A stretch of DNA of 64,000 nt, taken from positions 98,667-162,666 of the forward strand of contig CDMY01000220.1 in assembly GCA_001179505.1 (NCBI GenBank), given 5' to 3'. Numbering within the stretch: the first letter of the stretch is position 1; the number at the start of each line of letters is the position of its first letter. The notes beneath the pieces are model-generated. The model saw only the letters and a list, made by a program, of their open reading frames with translations, did not search any database and was not told the origin of the DNA. Shown in pieces: positions 34,631 to 47,314 of the stretch. This stretch comes from Vitrella brassicaformis CCMP3155 (Eukaryota > Protista > Chromerida). A program made the position numbers and the translations under genes.

Positions 34631-37189
34631 TTGTCAGGGCTGCTTGAGAGGGGCGGTTTCACTGTCGTCTCCCTCGCGCGTGAGTTCGTCGGCGATGTCT
34701 TCGTCTGTGTCGAGGTGCGGGTTGTAGTCCGGCACAACCAGAGAGCTCCGCCGGGGGTCCGTCTTGACCGTGGCTATCTTGGGGCGCTTCTCAAAGAAGG
34801 CCAGAATGATGCCGAACACCACAGGGATACAGCCAATGGCTGCCCCAAACACTGTCCAGGTGGAGTTGCACTGGATTATTTCGGGAGACATAGGCAGAGA
34901 AATTATGACTGGCAAACAGTCCCTTTGTCTTCCTTCCCACCCACAAATTCCTATCTACCTTGTGGCCGCGGCAGAAGTCAGCACCGGGCTTCTTGTTCTT
35001 GTCGAGGAAATGCGCCACGAAACGCTGATAGAGACACAAGAGCCATTTCGTCCAATAAACAGACACAAACAGACACATATTGTCCTCAGGAGTATGCACC
35101 GTAAAGAACATATTGGAGGGTATTCTGATAGGCAGATGAAGCACACAGGAGGGACAGAGGGCGTCATTCCCTACATTGCCCGTGTGCAACAAGCCAGCCT
35201 GTCTTTTGATTCACTGTGTGGAGTAGGCGATGGAGCTGATGAAGCCGAACTGTCGGACGTCGAAGTTGTTGCGGACGTAGGCAGGTGTTGCGGCGTTGCT
35301 GCAGGGGGAGAGACGCACACACATACGCACATGACACAGTGAGAGGGAGAGAGAGAGAGACGCACATAGGCAGAGATGCACACACAGAGAGGGGAAGGGG
35401 TGTCTGTAGTGTGGGGGGGTGAAGTACTACCATGCCGCGTAGGCTATTCCCATGCATACGACCATAGGCCACACGAATGCCTCCGCCAGCAGCGCCAGGC
35501 CCAGCTGACCGATGACAAAGAACGACAGGGCGATGGAAATGAAGAGACATCGACCCATGAAGGGCTCCAGGACGTCGGAAAGGATGCCGCCGCCTAGGCG
35601 ACCAACCACCTACCAGAACACACAATGCCATACCACACAACCAACATCAACGAAATGCCAGCCAATGAGTCGGTTGGCTGACCTCCGAGATGATGTAGAT
35701 TTGCTGAGCCATGTCGGGGCTATAGGCAATTTCCCCATGTCCCGTATTGTAGGTCGCCACCACCGTCTTGAGAGCCGCGCCGAAGGCCATGCCTATGGAG
35801 GTGGATGCATCCATCGAGCAACAGGAAGGACAGAGGCCATCCAGGCTCGCTCTCTTCCTCCTCTCTCTGTCTGTCTGTCTGTCTATGTGTCTGTGTGTGT
35901 GTGTGTGTGTGTGTGCGTGCGTGTGTCTGCATACCTGTCCTATGCCGAGAAGGTAAACGGCGAGGGGGAAGTATGCTTTGAGCTGTCCGAATGTCTGCCA
36001 CAGCGGCTCGGGCGGGGCCGTTGCCAAAGTGGTCTTGCGGCGCTGACCCGCCTCACGCTCCAGCTGAGCGGGACTTTCAGCCTTCTTGGCCTGCGCGTAC
36101 CGATTGCTGCATTCACACATATACACGTAACACGTGTCGAGTACGAGGATTCTTTCTATGCCACTACTAGAGGATGGGCAGGAGGATGGTGAAGATTGTT
36201 GAGCCGACGGCGACGGCAATTGTCCACATCCATACATAGCCCGCCACATGCTTAGCCAATTCATTTCGCTTTGCGAGGATCGCGTCGGCACCCGCACCCT
36301 GGTCCTTGAGGTCCGCGATCTCGTCTGCGATAGTATGGGCCTTGCCGCCGTAGAAGACTTGCCAAAGGGTCGTCATCCTGAGAGACACAGGACAGACAGG
36401 CCCAAGGGCAAAGATTACAGCCGCATGCACAAACATTGATACATACGTGATGGCGCCGATGGAGTAGGTGGCCAGCAAAACGCCGCAGACGACGCCAGCG
36501 AGGTTTGCAGGGCACGCCTTGCTGATGCACATACATATACACATATGAGGGGTGTGTGGGTGAATGTTCGCATGTGGATGTCCCTCTCTCTCACCTGATG
36601 GTCCATACGGCTCCGAAGATGAGCCCTAGGCCGCCGTTGATGTCAAGGAGTTCAAAGAAGCCGTGGACCCACGGGGAGACGCCGGTGGGGATGAATATGG
36701 CCTTGAGTAGGAACCCCGACACACACACCACCGTGCCAAACAGCAGTATGCCAAATGTGCCCAACTTGTCGTATATGAGTCCTGTTCACAGGCAATTGGA
36801 TACATGTCACGGCAGGCGACACACACACGCACAAAGAGAGAGAGACACACAAAGAGAGAAATCTTTTGCACATCGCAAAGTCTTCTTTGCCATAAATCGT
36901 GCAGAGAGACCGTGGTGAACGATCAGAAGGCCCAGTCCGCCCACCAGCCACACGTTTCCGCTCTCACCGTCCGACCAGTCCTTGGCCCGCTTCCAGTGAT
37001 TCTTGATGTTCGAGTATATCTTTGGAGACTGCATGGCATTGCCATGCCAGACACACACACCTGTCATTGCAAAGCGACTTTATATGGGTCTGACATGCGT
37101 ACGTTGGCGATGAGGGCTGAGACCATGCCTGTTGCCATCATGGCGAACAGCAGCCCGCGGCCGCCGGACGAGGCAGATGCTGTCGCCAT
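34631..37189 (-). CDS. Major facilitator superfamily transporter (nodulin-like/Mch1-like)
   Basis: About 12 hydrophobic segments with motif-A-like GLIYDKLG and GRLGGGILSD, a Cys-containing loop before the last TM, and an acidic cytosolic tail ending ETAPLKQP*. Confidence 0.75.
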
Positions 37190-37316
37190 CGTGCGACGGG
37201 ATTGAACAGCAAAGCAAGAACAGAGGACAGCGGCTGGCCTTTAGCACTTCTCAGAACAACAGAGGCAAGTCGTTTGCAGTGAATTTCGGCTTCTGCAGCA
37301 GCAGCGGTTTCCGTTT

Positions 37317-37332
37317 GCGAGCTATAGCTCGC
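37317..37332. promoter_or_regulatory. Perfect 16-bp palindrome GCGAGCTATAGCTCGC in the MFS/RETSAT divergent intergenic region
   Basis: Seen directly; differs from the 14679 palindrome only in the central two bases. Role is inferred. Confidence 0.5.
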
Positions 37333-37448
37333 GACGAGGGGGAAAGGTGAGCACAAAGGGCGTACAGTGGGTAGGTAGCGAATGCTTTGATTGTTGCTTA
37401 CCCTTAACCACCACCACCGATGATACAAGCGAGCACGTACGCGTGACG

Positions 37449-38616
37449 ATGAAGATGAAGAACGAGATCTGCCGGTTGCTGCCGCTTTTCATCTATCTCG
37501 CCAACGTTCCACGTGACGATGCCAGATCCAACAGCTTTGTCCGCCCAGCCGCCCCTGACCATCTCAATCAACGCTCTGCTGCGCAACGGAGACTGCGTCG
37601 GCTGCTGCCGCCGGTCACATCAATGGTTGTTGCCCCGCCGCCTCCAATGCCGCCTAGAGAGACCACCCGGAAGGAGGCGGCAGATTCCAGTGGAACAATA
37701 ACGCATCCCGAGTACATCAAGGCCAGCCAAGACCCTGCACGCAACGTGTATGACAGGTCAAAGATACCCGCTGATGTGGACTTCATTATTGTGGGCTCGG
37801 GTGTGGGCGGGCTGTGGCTGGCTGCCGCCTTGTCCAAGCTGAAGGGCTACAAGTGTGTGGTGCTGGAGCAACACTACATGGCCGGTGGCCTTTGTCACGT
37901 GGTGAGTACATACCAGCGGCATAGGGACACACACACACACACACACTTTTGCCGCCCATCCCTCTTGTCTGGCTGTGTGCTCACGGCTACGTACGTAGTT
38001 CACTCACAAGGGCTACGAGTTCATACCAGGTACAACCCTACACACGATCAATTCCTGCGTGCGCGCCCTGCCGTGTGTCGTTCCTGCGTCATTTCTCACT
38101 TATGCGTGGTTCAGGTGTGCATTACATTGCCAATAAGGAGGTGTGTGGTGGTCTTCTTGAGCTCGTGTCGGACCCATCTACCCCAGTGGAGTGGCAGCTG
38201 CAGGGCGACGCCACCACGGCCGACAGGCGTGACGAGGAGGCATACCGCGCACACCACGGCGATGTGCTCGCCATGGATGTCGCCGGGGGCCATGCCGGCA
38301 CCGGGGCTGCATGCTCACACGAGGTCGTCATCGGGGACCTTCCCAAAATGAGGTGGGGCCCATCCCACACAAAGAAACGGCACACGCGGAGGACTGATAT
38401 TTATTCAGTGTGTTCGTCTGTGTGTGTGTGTGTACGCATGTGTGTGCAGCATCCGTGGGGGCAAGAGTGCTGTCATCGATGAGCTGGTACGTGTGTTCCC
38501 CAATGAGCGCGAGGCCATCACGAAGTGGATTGACCTCGTCGACAGGGTCAAGTGGCTGGTACGGCACTCAACAAAGCACACAAATGCCGTCACACATAAC
38601 GTAATGTCTGTTCGCG

Positions 38617-38648
<32 letters not shown>

Positions 38649-40776
38649 CATTCTGCTTGGTCAGCCTGGCATATTCATGCAGTCGAAAGGCATGCCAAGG
38701 TGGTTCCAGGTCAACAACACACACGACAAAGAAGCCTCCTACTCACCCTGGTCGTCGTCATGCGGGCTGTTCCGTTCATGCGTGTGCAGCCGATATGGGT
38801 GGCGCTGCTGTGCGGCCAATACCTCAAGTACGCCGGAGCGACAGCAGACAAGGTGAGCGTTCAGCCTCATGCACGAATCAGTGTGGTTGAAGATCTCCGT
38901 ATGTGCAGGTATTCAACGACATCACAGACAACCCGCAGCTGGCCACCGTGCTGTCGGCCTTTGCCGGCGACCTGGGAGAGGTCCGACACACGCGTCACGT
39001 CTTTCTCCTCTGTGAGGCGCTTGTGTCCCCGGCATGTTTCAGAACTTGCGTGAGGGTTCGTTCATCATGCAGTCGGCTGTCATCGGACACATCATGGAGG
39101 GCTGCTGGTAAGTGAAGAGGCCACATAGCCACACGCGTATGTCGTATCTATGACACTTGTGGTAGGTATCCGCGTGGCGGTCCCCCCCAGCTGACGCGCA
39201 CAGTCATCCCCACCATCACCAAGGCAGGCGGAGGCGTTTTTGTCAGCGCCAAAGTCGACGAGATCCTAGTCGAACACGGTGCGGTGCGCACGGCCGCACA
39301 CCGAGAAAAACATACGTACCAAACGAATATACTGCCGCGGCTCTACGCCTCGTTTCCATGCAGGTGTGGCCACGGGGGTCAGGTTAGCCAATGGGGATGT
39401 CCTCAAGGCGTCCAAAGGTGTGGTGAGCGCTGTGGGCCTGCGGCCGACCTTCGACAAGCTCTTGAGCCGTGATGTGGTGAGGCGGTATCTGAAGAAGGAG
39501 GCGGCTCGAGTGGACCGGTACTCTGAGGGCGCCATCAGTCACGTGTACGCCTTTGTGGCCCTGAAGGGGTCGGCTGAGGAGCTGGGGCTCAAGAGCTCAT
39601 CACTCTACTATATACCTTGGAACACATCCCAGGTGGGCAGCCGGGCTGGGCAGTCCCATCTGCCGGTGCACGTGTGTCTGTCTGTCTGTCTGTATGTCTT
39701 TCTGTGTGCAGCCGATGGAAGCATCAAGCATTCAGGACCACTACCGATCCACCCTGCTCGACCCTTCAGTGGAGGACGTGTCCGCAGGAATGCGTGAGCA
39801 CTGCACACACACCGACCACAAGAGGCCAAGCCAGCCAGTCAGTCATCTTCTCTCCCTTATTGTCCGCCTGCCTTGTGTGGGCACAGTCTTTCCCACCGCG
39901 AAGGACCCCGACTACTCTGAGAAGAAGCACCCGGGCCGCAGTGTGTGCATCATGTTCTCGGAGGCCATACCAGAGGAGTTCGAACACCTGAAAGACGGTA
40001 CGAAGCACGAGGGTGGTGTGTGCGAAGCACGCTGTGTGTGCAGATGTTCTATGTTGTGTCGTGGTGTGTGTCAGACGTGGGCGGTGTGGAGAGCAAGCTG
40101 CTGAGCGAAGAGTACAGCGGTGTGAAGAAGGTGATAGAGCGGAAACTCATCAACGCACTGCTGCACAACTTCCCACACCTCAAAGGTACCTACCACACGA
40201 CACCTGCCAACACTCCATCGCATGGCCGAGCTCAGGCGTGTTCGTTCATTTCCGTGTGTGTGTGCAGATCACATCGAGTTTGTTGAGGTGGGAACACCCA
40301 TGACGGCCTATCGTTTCCTGAGGAGATTCGACTCGCTCGGTCGGCGTGCATTCCTGCGGCACACACACATGCCGCCTGTTTGTATCGCTGTGTTGGTTGA
40401 CCGGTGCGCGTGTGTCTGTAGGTTTGCGCCACACCCCCGCCCGCATGACCGACATGGATTTGCGGCCCGACTGTTCCGTCCGCAACCTCTACTTCTCAGG
40501 ACAAGACATCGCTTTCGCCGGATGGGCTGGTGCGTCTCACCACACCATACCAGAAATACACACACACACACACAGGCATCTCATCTGCACGTTCCTCCCT
40601 CTGTCTTGCCTGTGTGGTTACACACAGGTGCGTTGACAGGGGCCATGATAGCGGCCACGCGCATCCTGGGCTACACCCCCTTGGACCTCATTCGCGGCAA
40701 GGACCTCGTGACCGATTTGGGAGGGGCGGAGCTCATGAAGGTCATGGCCAAGAAGGCCGGCATCAAAACCGTCTGA
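37449..40776 (+). CDS. RETSAT: All-trans-retinol 13,14-reductase (RETSAT)/carotenoid desaturase-isomerase family FAD oxidoreductase
   Basis: DFIIVGSGVGGL, VVLEQHYMAGGLCH, GVHYI, YPRGG, AKVDEILVE, VFPTAKDP, EVGTPMT, NLYFSGQDI...GALTGAMIAA. N-terminal extension resembles a bipartite plastid leader. Confidence 0.85.
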
Positions 40777-42168
40777 GATGCAGAATGGAGTCAAGTGCGT
40801 GAGTGCGGGAAAAAACAAGAGGCGAAGACAAGAGAAGCTGCGAGTGGAGAAGTAGAGCGGCTTTTTTCAGTGTGAGAGCGATGCTCGTTTATTGGTCGGT
40901 GCCCGTGTGAGCGTGTGTGAGGTTTCTCGGTGTGGTGCTGGGATTCGGATCTGTTGGGTCGCGAGAGGCCGTCGGTGCTTCATTTAGCGTTGAGGTATAT
41001 ATATGGACATACACATGAAAGTAGTATAGGTCTCTTGAGTGCGATGTGATGTCATGGTTTGCGATGGATGGATGGATGCCGTTTGCGTGAACTTGTCAGC
41101 TGACACGGAGCCCACAACGGCGTCATCTCGCCGGTCAGCTGGGCAGCGTCTCAGCCTTCAATTTCACGCCCTGACGGCATGCATCACCACACCAGCACAT
41201 GATGACCGGGCAGACAGACATGGATGTGATGTATGCGTTCTGTACAAAGCTGGAGCCTCTCACTCACACACATATGCTCCCTCCCCAGCATACCATACCC
41301 ACACCGCAGTCTACACACCAACGGACAGACAGACAGACTGACGAGGGGGGCGAAGAATGAAAGACCCAAGGGATATCTAGGCAGCTAGGCAGGTATGTAC
41401 CTCCAGACAGGCAGGCTGGTAGGCAGGCTGGTAGGCAGCAGTATACACATAGCTAGCGGCGGGGATGCATGGCACCCACCATGAAGCTCCATCGCTCAAA
41501 ACGTCCTAACACCTAGGTGCGTAAGTCAGCTGTGTGGAAGCAACGTCACATTGCTAGATGGATGGATGGATGCAGTGACCAGGTCGTCGCAGCCCACCCC
41601 GGCCAGCAACATCACCACCATCGTCAGGCAATGGATGGATTCCATGTAGCCCGCTCACGTGATGGTTGCATTCACGTGTGGGCCACAGTGAATCCCCATT
41701 ACCGAACGATGAAGATGTATGCTGTTGCCAGGGCAAGAAAGGAAAAGTCTCTCCCTCCCTCCCTCGCTCAACCAACCAACCGCCCACGCCCACACCACAC
41801 TCAGCATACATATGGCTATGACAGAAAAAGGGAGGCGGGGAGACGGCACCACACAGATTGTAGCTATGCAGCTAGGCAGCTAGGAAGACAGGCAGGAGTA
41901 TACACAAGAGGTGGGGCGGCGAGTGGGGGGGCATACACGGCACCCGTCCGCCATATCAAGGCCGATCGATCGAAACGTCTTAAAGGCTAAAGGCAGCACT
42001 TAGTAAGTCCTCTCGAAGGTATCTCAACCGTACCGTACCCTCTCAACCGTGGCCACATGCAAGTATATACAACACACAGATGTGCATAAAGACAGACAGA
42101 CAGACAGACACGTTTGTATACACACCACAACCACCCCTCTCTCTCTCTCTCTCTCTCTCTCCAATCTC

Positions 42169-43719
42169 TCACGTCCTCCCCTTTGCATATGTCTGAATAA
42201 TCGACTGGTATGGCGGCACGCTCCCACCGCCCCTCCCGTGCACACACGACACACCCACACGATGGCCAGCAGGGGGCCGCCCGGCTGGTGGAGGTGGGGG
42301 CGGGGGAGGTGGGGGCGGAGCCGCCGACGGGTGGTGCACGTGGTCCACCTGTACGAGTGGTGGCTGTGGTTGGCTGCTGCTCTTGAAGAGGGCGTCCAGC
42401 CGCATGTGCACTTCCTTGGCAGGCCGCTTGGGGGCGATGTGGTAGTCCCTCATGAGCTGCGCCAGGGGGCTCACGTACTGCCCGCCCGCCACGCCAGCAG
42501 CCCTGGCGAAGTGCGCCGCCTCCAGGGGTGCCTGGTTGTGCCACTTCCACACAGAGTCGCTCCAGTCAGCAGTGGTCAGAGGATGGCCCATGTGGGTGTG
42601 GCCACAGTCGTCCAGGCCAGCGGTCTTGAGTGTGTGTGAGGTTGGGGCGGGGGTGCTGGTGGTGGTGGTGGTGGGGAATGCGGGTGGGGGTATGAATGTT
42701 GCGGTGGGGTGGTGGTGTGTGAGGACGGCCCAGAGCATCAGCAGCTTGGTCGGGCAATGCGCCAACACGTAGGCGGCATGCTCCGCAGACACCTGACCAG
42801 GATCTGATCACACACAGGGTTGTCATTCTGTTGTCTTTTTCTCTGTTTTTCTCACCGGGTGTGTGTCCATGATTGGTCCAGATGTCGCTCCACAGCTTCT
42901 CTATCTTGTCGATGGTCTCACGCCCAACACTCTCCTGCAGCCAGACCAGACCAGAGACATCCATTTCACACATGTATTCACTTGTCTGATTGAGTTTTTC
43001 CCCCACACACAGGTACCTACCTGCGTGGCGTCGAGTATAAGCTGTCCGCATCCCTTGAGGAACCGCACGGTGTCGCTCAGTGTCCACAGCGACGGATGAC
43101 GGGCAGCCTGATCGTGCACGACACACCAACAGCCATACACGCCTGGTCTGCGTGTGTTGGGTGCTATCTATCTGGTGCAGACCTGCGCACCTCTGTGGCT
43201 GTGGGTCGGCATGTGGGGTCGGGATTGGTGAGCATACAGAAGAAGTCCTTCAGCAGCGGACGGTCGTCAAACTGACACACACACAAGCCACAAGACAGAC
43301 AAGACAAGGCACCACACGCAATGTCGGAACACACAGACATCGGTCTCTCTCCCTCTCTGTCTGTGTGTGTGTGTGTGACCTCTTTCATCGCGGGTTTTGT
43401 GCCGCTAGCGATGCGATCTGCGAGCATCTGTTGGCCCGAGTCCGAGTGCGACGGGCCGTAGGGATGCACCGCAGCCATGAGGTAGTACAGACTCACACCT
43501 AAGGAGAACACACACACCAATGTCCGGCTATACGCACACCTGCCCCCTTCACCCCGCCCGCCGACCCACCAGTGCTCCATATGTCGGATGTGCGCAGCAG
43601 TGAGAGGACGTACCCCGTCCAGGTGCCGCCCGCACACCCACCGCACGCCTCACTGCAGTGCGGCCCGTTGCCGCCACGACCATTGCTGTCGTGCCACCCG
43701 CTAGACTTGAGGTGACCCT

Positions 43720-43755
<36 letters not shown>

Positions 43756-45494
43756 GTCCACTCACATGTGGGGGGCCGTTGTCTGTCTCTCCCTCCCTCG
43801 TGGACGTACGGCGGGGTTGTTGAGGTAGTGGTGCACTTCGGGTGAGTAGAAGATCTGCATGCCCAGAGGGGGCAGCTCCACACCCACACCCTTGCCGTGG
43901 CTGCTCTTGTTGCTGCTGCTGTTGTTGTTGTTCCTGTTGATGGCGTGCCCCATCAGCTGCTGGAATGACGACGGTGACGACGATGGTGCAGCCCCGGTAG
44001 AAGTCGGTGGCGGTGGCGGGTGGGGCGGGGGGGAGGGAACGGGCGTGGGGGCTGGAGACACGAGGAGGGAACAGAGAAATAGAGAAGTAGAGAAATAGAG
44101 ATGTTGGTGTGTTGTTGACTGCGCATTGTGGCTGCGTACCAGTAGCAGATGAGAGTGGCGGGTACTGTGTGTGTGAGGGAGGGGTGGAGGGACGCGTCTT
44201 GGTGTAGCTGTAGGGCTCCTGGTTGGGGGTGGCGGTGACTCCCTGCTGCTGCTGCCGCTGCTGCTGCTGCTGCTGGTGTTGCTGTTGTTTGACTGTGCGG
44301 TTCCTGGCCTTCTTGTGTTTGTTGGTGCACTTGTGGAGGGTGCTGCCCCGCTGCTGGCCGGTGCTGGTCAGCAACTCGGCCGGGCGGAGGGCGATGCGAG
44401 AAATGAAATCACCCAGCTGCACCACACACACACACACACGGACAGAGAGAGAGAGGCATGGCCCCATACATCCAAGGTGAGATGCGGCTGTGTTGGGCGA
44501 TTGCCGACTGACCATGACGTGCACGCGTCTGTGGCTCTTGGTGGTGGCGGTGCTCTTGTTGTTGTATTTGTTGGTGTCTTGTATCTTGACGAATATGTTG
44601 TCGGGCCGTACGGCGAGGTGCGTGACCTGCCGCTGGTGCAGCTCCGCCAACGCATGCAGCACACCACCCACCAACTCACGACCTACACAACACACACCAA
44701 CACAACACAACACAACACAGCACCCATGACATGAACCACCAGCAGAAGAAAAGCACCAAGCGTCTCCCGCCCTGATCTGGTCACTCACCTTCGGCAGAGA
44801 ACTGTCCGTGTTTGTCGAACCACTGCGGCAGTGGGAACGCGTAGAAGAGCAGCTGCTGGAACGACATCCACTCACGGCAGTCGAGCTCCACCCCGCCACA
44901 CCCAAGCCCCATATGCGTCAGGGGTGTCAGCTTGCCCTGCGGCGGAGGGACGAGAGCCTCACTGGCGGCCGCCTGGGCGAATACGGCCTGCAGACCCCAC
45001 CGGCCGTTGCGACGGAGGGACGCCGCAGCGTCCTCCTGCACACCACACCGTAGCCATGTCTGTCTGTGGGGGTGAGTGCAGCGGGGGCGTGTGTGGATGG
45101 TCTTGTCTTACGGCGATGGGTACGGTGGAGCAGGGCGAGCAGACGAGTGGCATGGGGTCACTCTGTAGCTTCCAGAGGTCGTTGGCGAGGCACTGCACAT
45201 CCTCCTCACGGTACGCATAAAGGAGGGTCTGCAAACACACACGCCCATGCATTCTTATGGTGCATATGTGTGTGTGTGTGTGTGTGTGTACTGCGTCTCT
45301 CTGAGGTGTGTGTTTCTTGTCACCTTGAGCACTCCAGCGACGTCCTTGCCGTTCACCTTCAGCACAACCTGACGCACCTGCACACACACACGAAAGATGG
45401 ATACACATACATCGCAGCATCAGATCTCGCCACATAGATCTCGCCACATGCACGATTCTCTCGCTTGTGCCTTGCTCCCTGTGTGTGCGTGGCC

Positions 45495-45525
<31 letters not shown>

Positions 45526-45775
45526 GCGCACCTCAGCAATAGCATCGCCGTCGGGCTCACACGGCTCACACACACGGTGCACAATGTGCGGAAGGCGCGG
45601 CATAGTGAACAGGGCAATGCCAGCAATGAACACAAAGGCGCTGCCTTTGCCCGCCTGTCCTGTCTGCGAGCCGCGGGGCGAAGTGGGAAAGAAGCGCGCA
45701 CGAAGAGGAGGAGGGAAAGGGCCTGATTTCCAGTGTCACTCTGCTCATCTTAGCTGCCTCTCCCTCCTCGCTCAT
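42169..45775 (-). CDS. Protein-kinase-fold protein, probably a pseudokinase, with an IRE1/RNase L-like C-terminal extension
   Basis: LAELHQRQVTHLAVRPDNIFV (HRD replaced by HLA), LGDFI (DFG variant), FYSPE, VFSLGVSLYYLM..HPYG, DPTCRPTA, then HPSLWTLSDTVRFL. PolyQ inserts lie between subdomains. Start at 45775 or 45748. Confidence 0.6.
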
Positions 45776-45817
45776 CGATCTGCCATTTATCGCATAGATC
45801 TGATCTGATCTGTGGCC

Positions 45818-46805
45818 ATGGCGTGGAGGTTGGTTGTGGCGGCGGTGTTGGCCTCGTTGGGATGGGTGTGCGGGTCAGCTGGTGGCTCTGCTTTCGTGCC
45901 CTCATGGTCCTTGAGGCAACCCATGCGCTCACTCAGACAGGTACAGTACCAATGGTTCGTTTATTGCACTGATACGACCACGATGGCAGGCAGATCAGGG
46001 AGATCAGCTGCTTGACGGTTTGTTGTGCATCATCTGCTGTGTGCCTGTGTGGCCATCAGTCGCGGCCGGTGCACACCGAGCAGTACCTGTTTGGCGGTGC
46101 CGGCACACCAGCTCCCCCACCAAGTGGGCAACACAGACGAGAGTGTGTCGATGCCTATTGGTTGCTGTGCGTGTCTGTTCCGTCCACTCAGCTCCTGCTG
46201 GCGGTGCGGGCGGCGGCCTCATGCAGAACTTCGAGGCCATCAAGAAGACACAGGAGCTCTTCCAAAAGATGAAGGTCAGCACGGAGCGGAACAACAGACT
46301 CATAGGTCGACAGCTGGCATTCATTGGTGTGTCGTCAGGATTTGAACGAGGAGATGCTCAAGACGGAGATAGAGGGCCGTTCGGACGACGTCGACAAGGA
46401 GGTCAAGATCGTCTACAACGGCAACGGCACACCGCTGCGCGCAGAGGTCAGCGAGGGCGCCGCATCGCTCGACAAAGACCAGCTCGAAGAGGTACGCCAC
46501 CGGACCAAATCACACACACGGATATACACAGGTACTGAATGCCGTGTGTGTGTGTGTGTGTGTGTGTGATTTGGTCAGGCCTTGACAACGGCTCTGAAGG
46601 ACGGTTTTCAGAAGGCCGGAGAGACCAGGCTGCAACGGATAGCCAAGCTATACGAAGGTGCGTATGGGTGGACGGACAGACAGATGAGGCGGGCAGCCTG
46701 TGTGGACGTGTGTATCCTGTCCTGCTGTGTGTGTGTGTGTGTGCAGAGATGGGATTGCCGGCAGAGGCCATGCAGAAGATGATGGGTCAAGGGATGGGCC
46801 TCTAG
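45818..46805 (+). CDS. Plastid-targeted YbaB/EbfC family protein (STIC2-like)
   Basis: Signal peptide MAWRLVVAAVLASLGWVCG, then GSAFVPS transit start. Mature part GGLMQNFEAIKKTQELFQKMKDLNEEMLKTEIEGRS..VKIVYNGNGTPLRAEV..LEEALTTALKD fits YbaB/EbfC. Confidence 0.8.
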
Positions 46806-47314
46806 TGTGCGTGCATGCATCAGACTGACAGGGTGTGACTTTGCCGCCATTAGGGAAGGGACTGACGATACAGTAATGCTCCTGTGAGGACGCATTGGAG
46901 GTGTGCTGCCGTGTTGTGTGTATTTATACATGTGGAAGTGGCGTGTGCATGGGAGTTTTCAACGTGCCTGGGTTGATGTGTGAATGTGTGGCCAGACGGA
47001 CCATGTTGCTGTCAATGAAGCGAGAGCATCTCTGAAGACGTTGGTGCATCGATGTGGACATTTCAAAAGACACAGAGATGGAAGACAGTAACAGCTGGAC
47101 GGATGCACAACACGCAATGCAGCAGAGTAGCCCGAGATTCGTATGAACACATGTAGCAGGCCCCATATGACGTGGATTATGTGTATATACATGTAGCATA
47201 CAGATGCGATGCGATGCACCATGCATGTATATATACATGTACACTGTATATATATACGCAAGCAGTGTGGGCGGCTGCTGTGGCACACCACACCACACCG
47301 ACCGATACACACAG

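Noticed and set aside
40800-42100. Short ORFs and a 12-bp tandem repeat (aggcaggctggt) between RETSAT and the kinase
   Set aside because: No splice-consistent coding signal; looks like convergent 3' UTR or intergenic DNA.
43718-44905. 395-aa ORF as a single exon or separate gene
   Set aside because: It reads through introns containing (TG)n tracts, and the kinase motifs switch frame within it.
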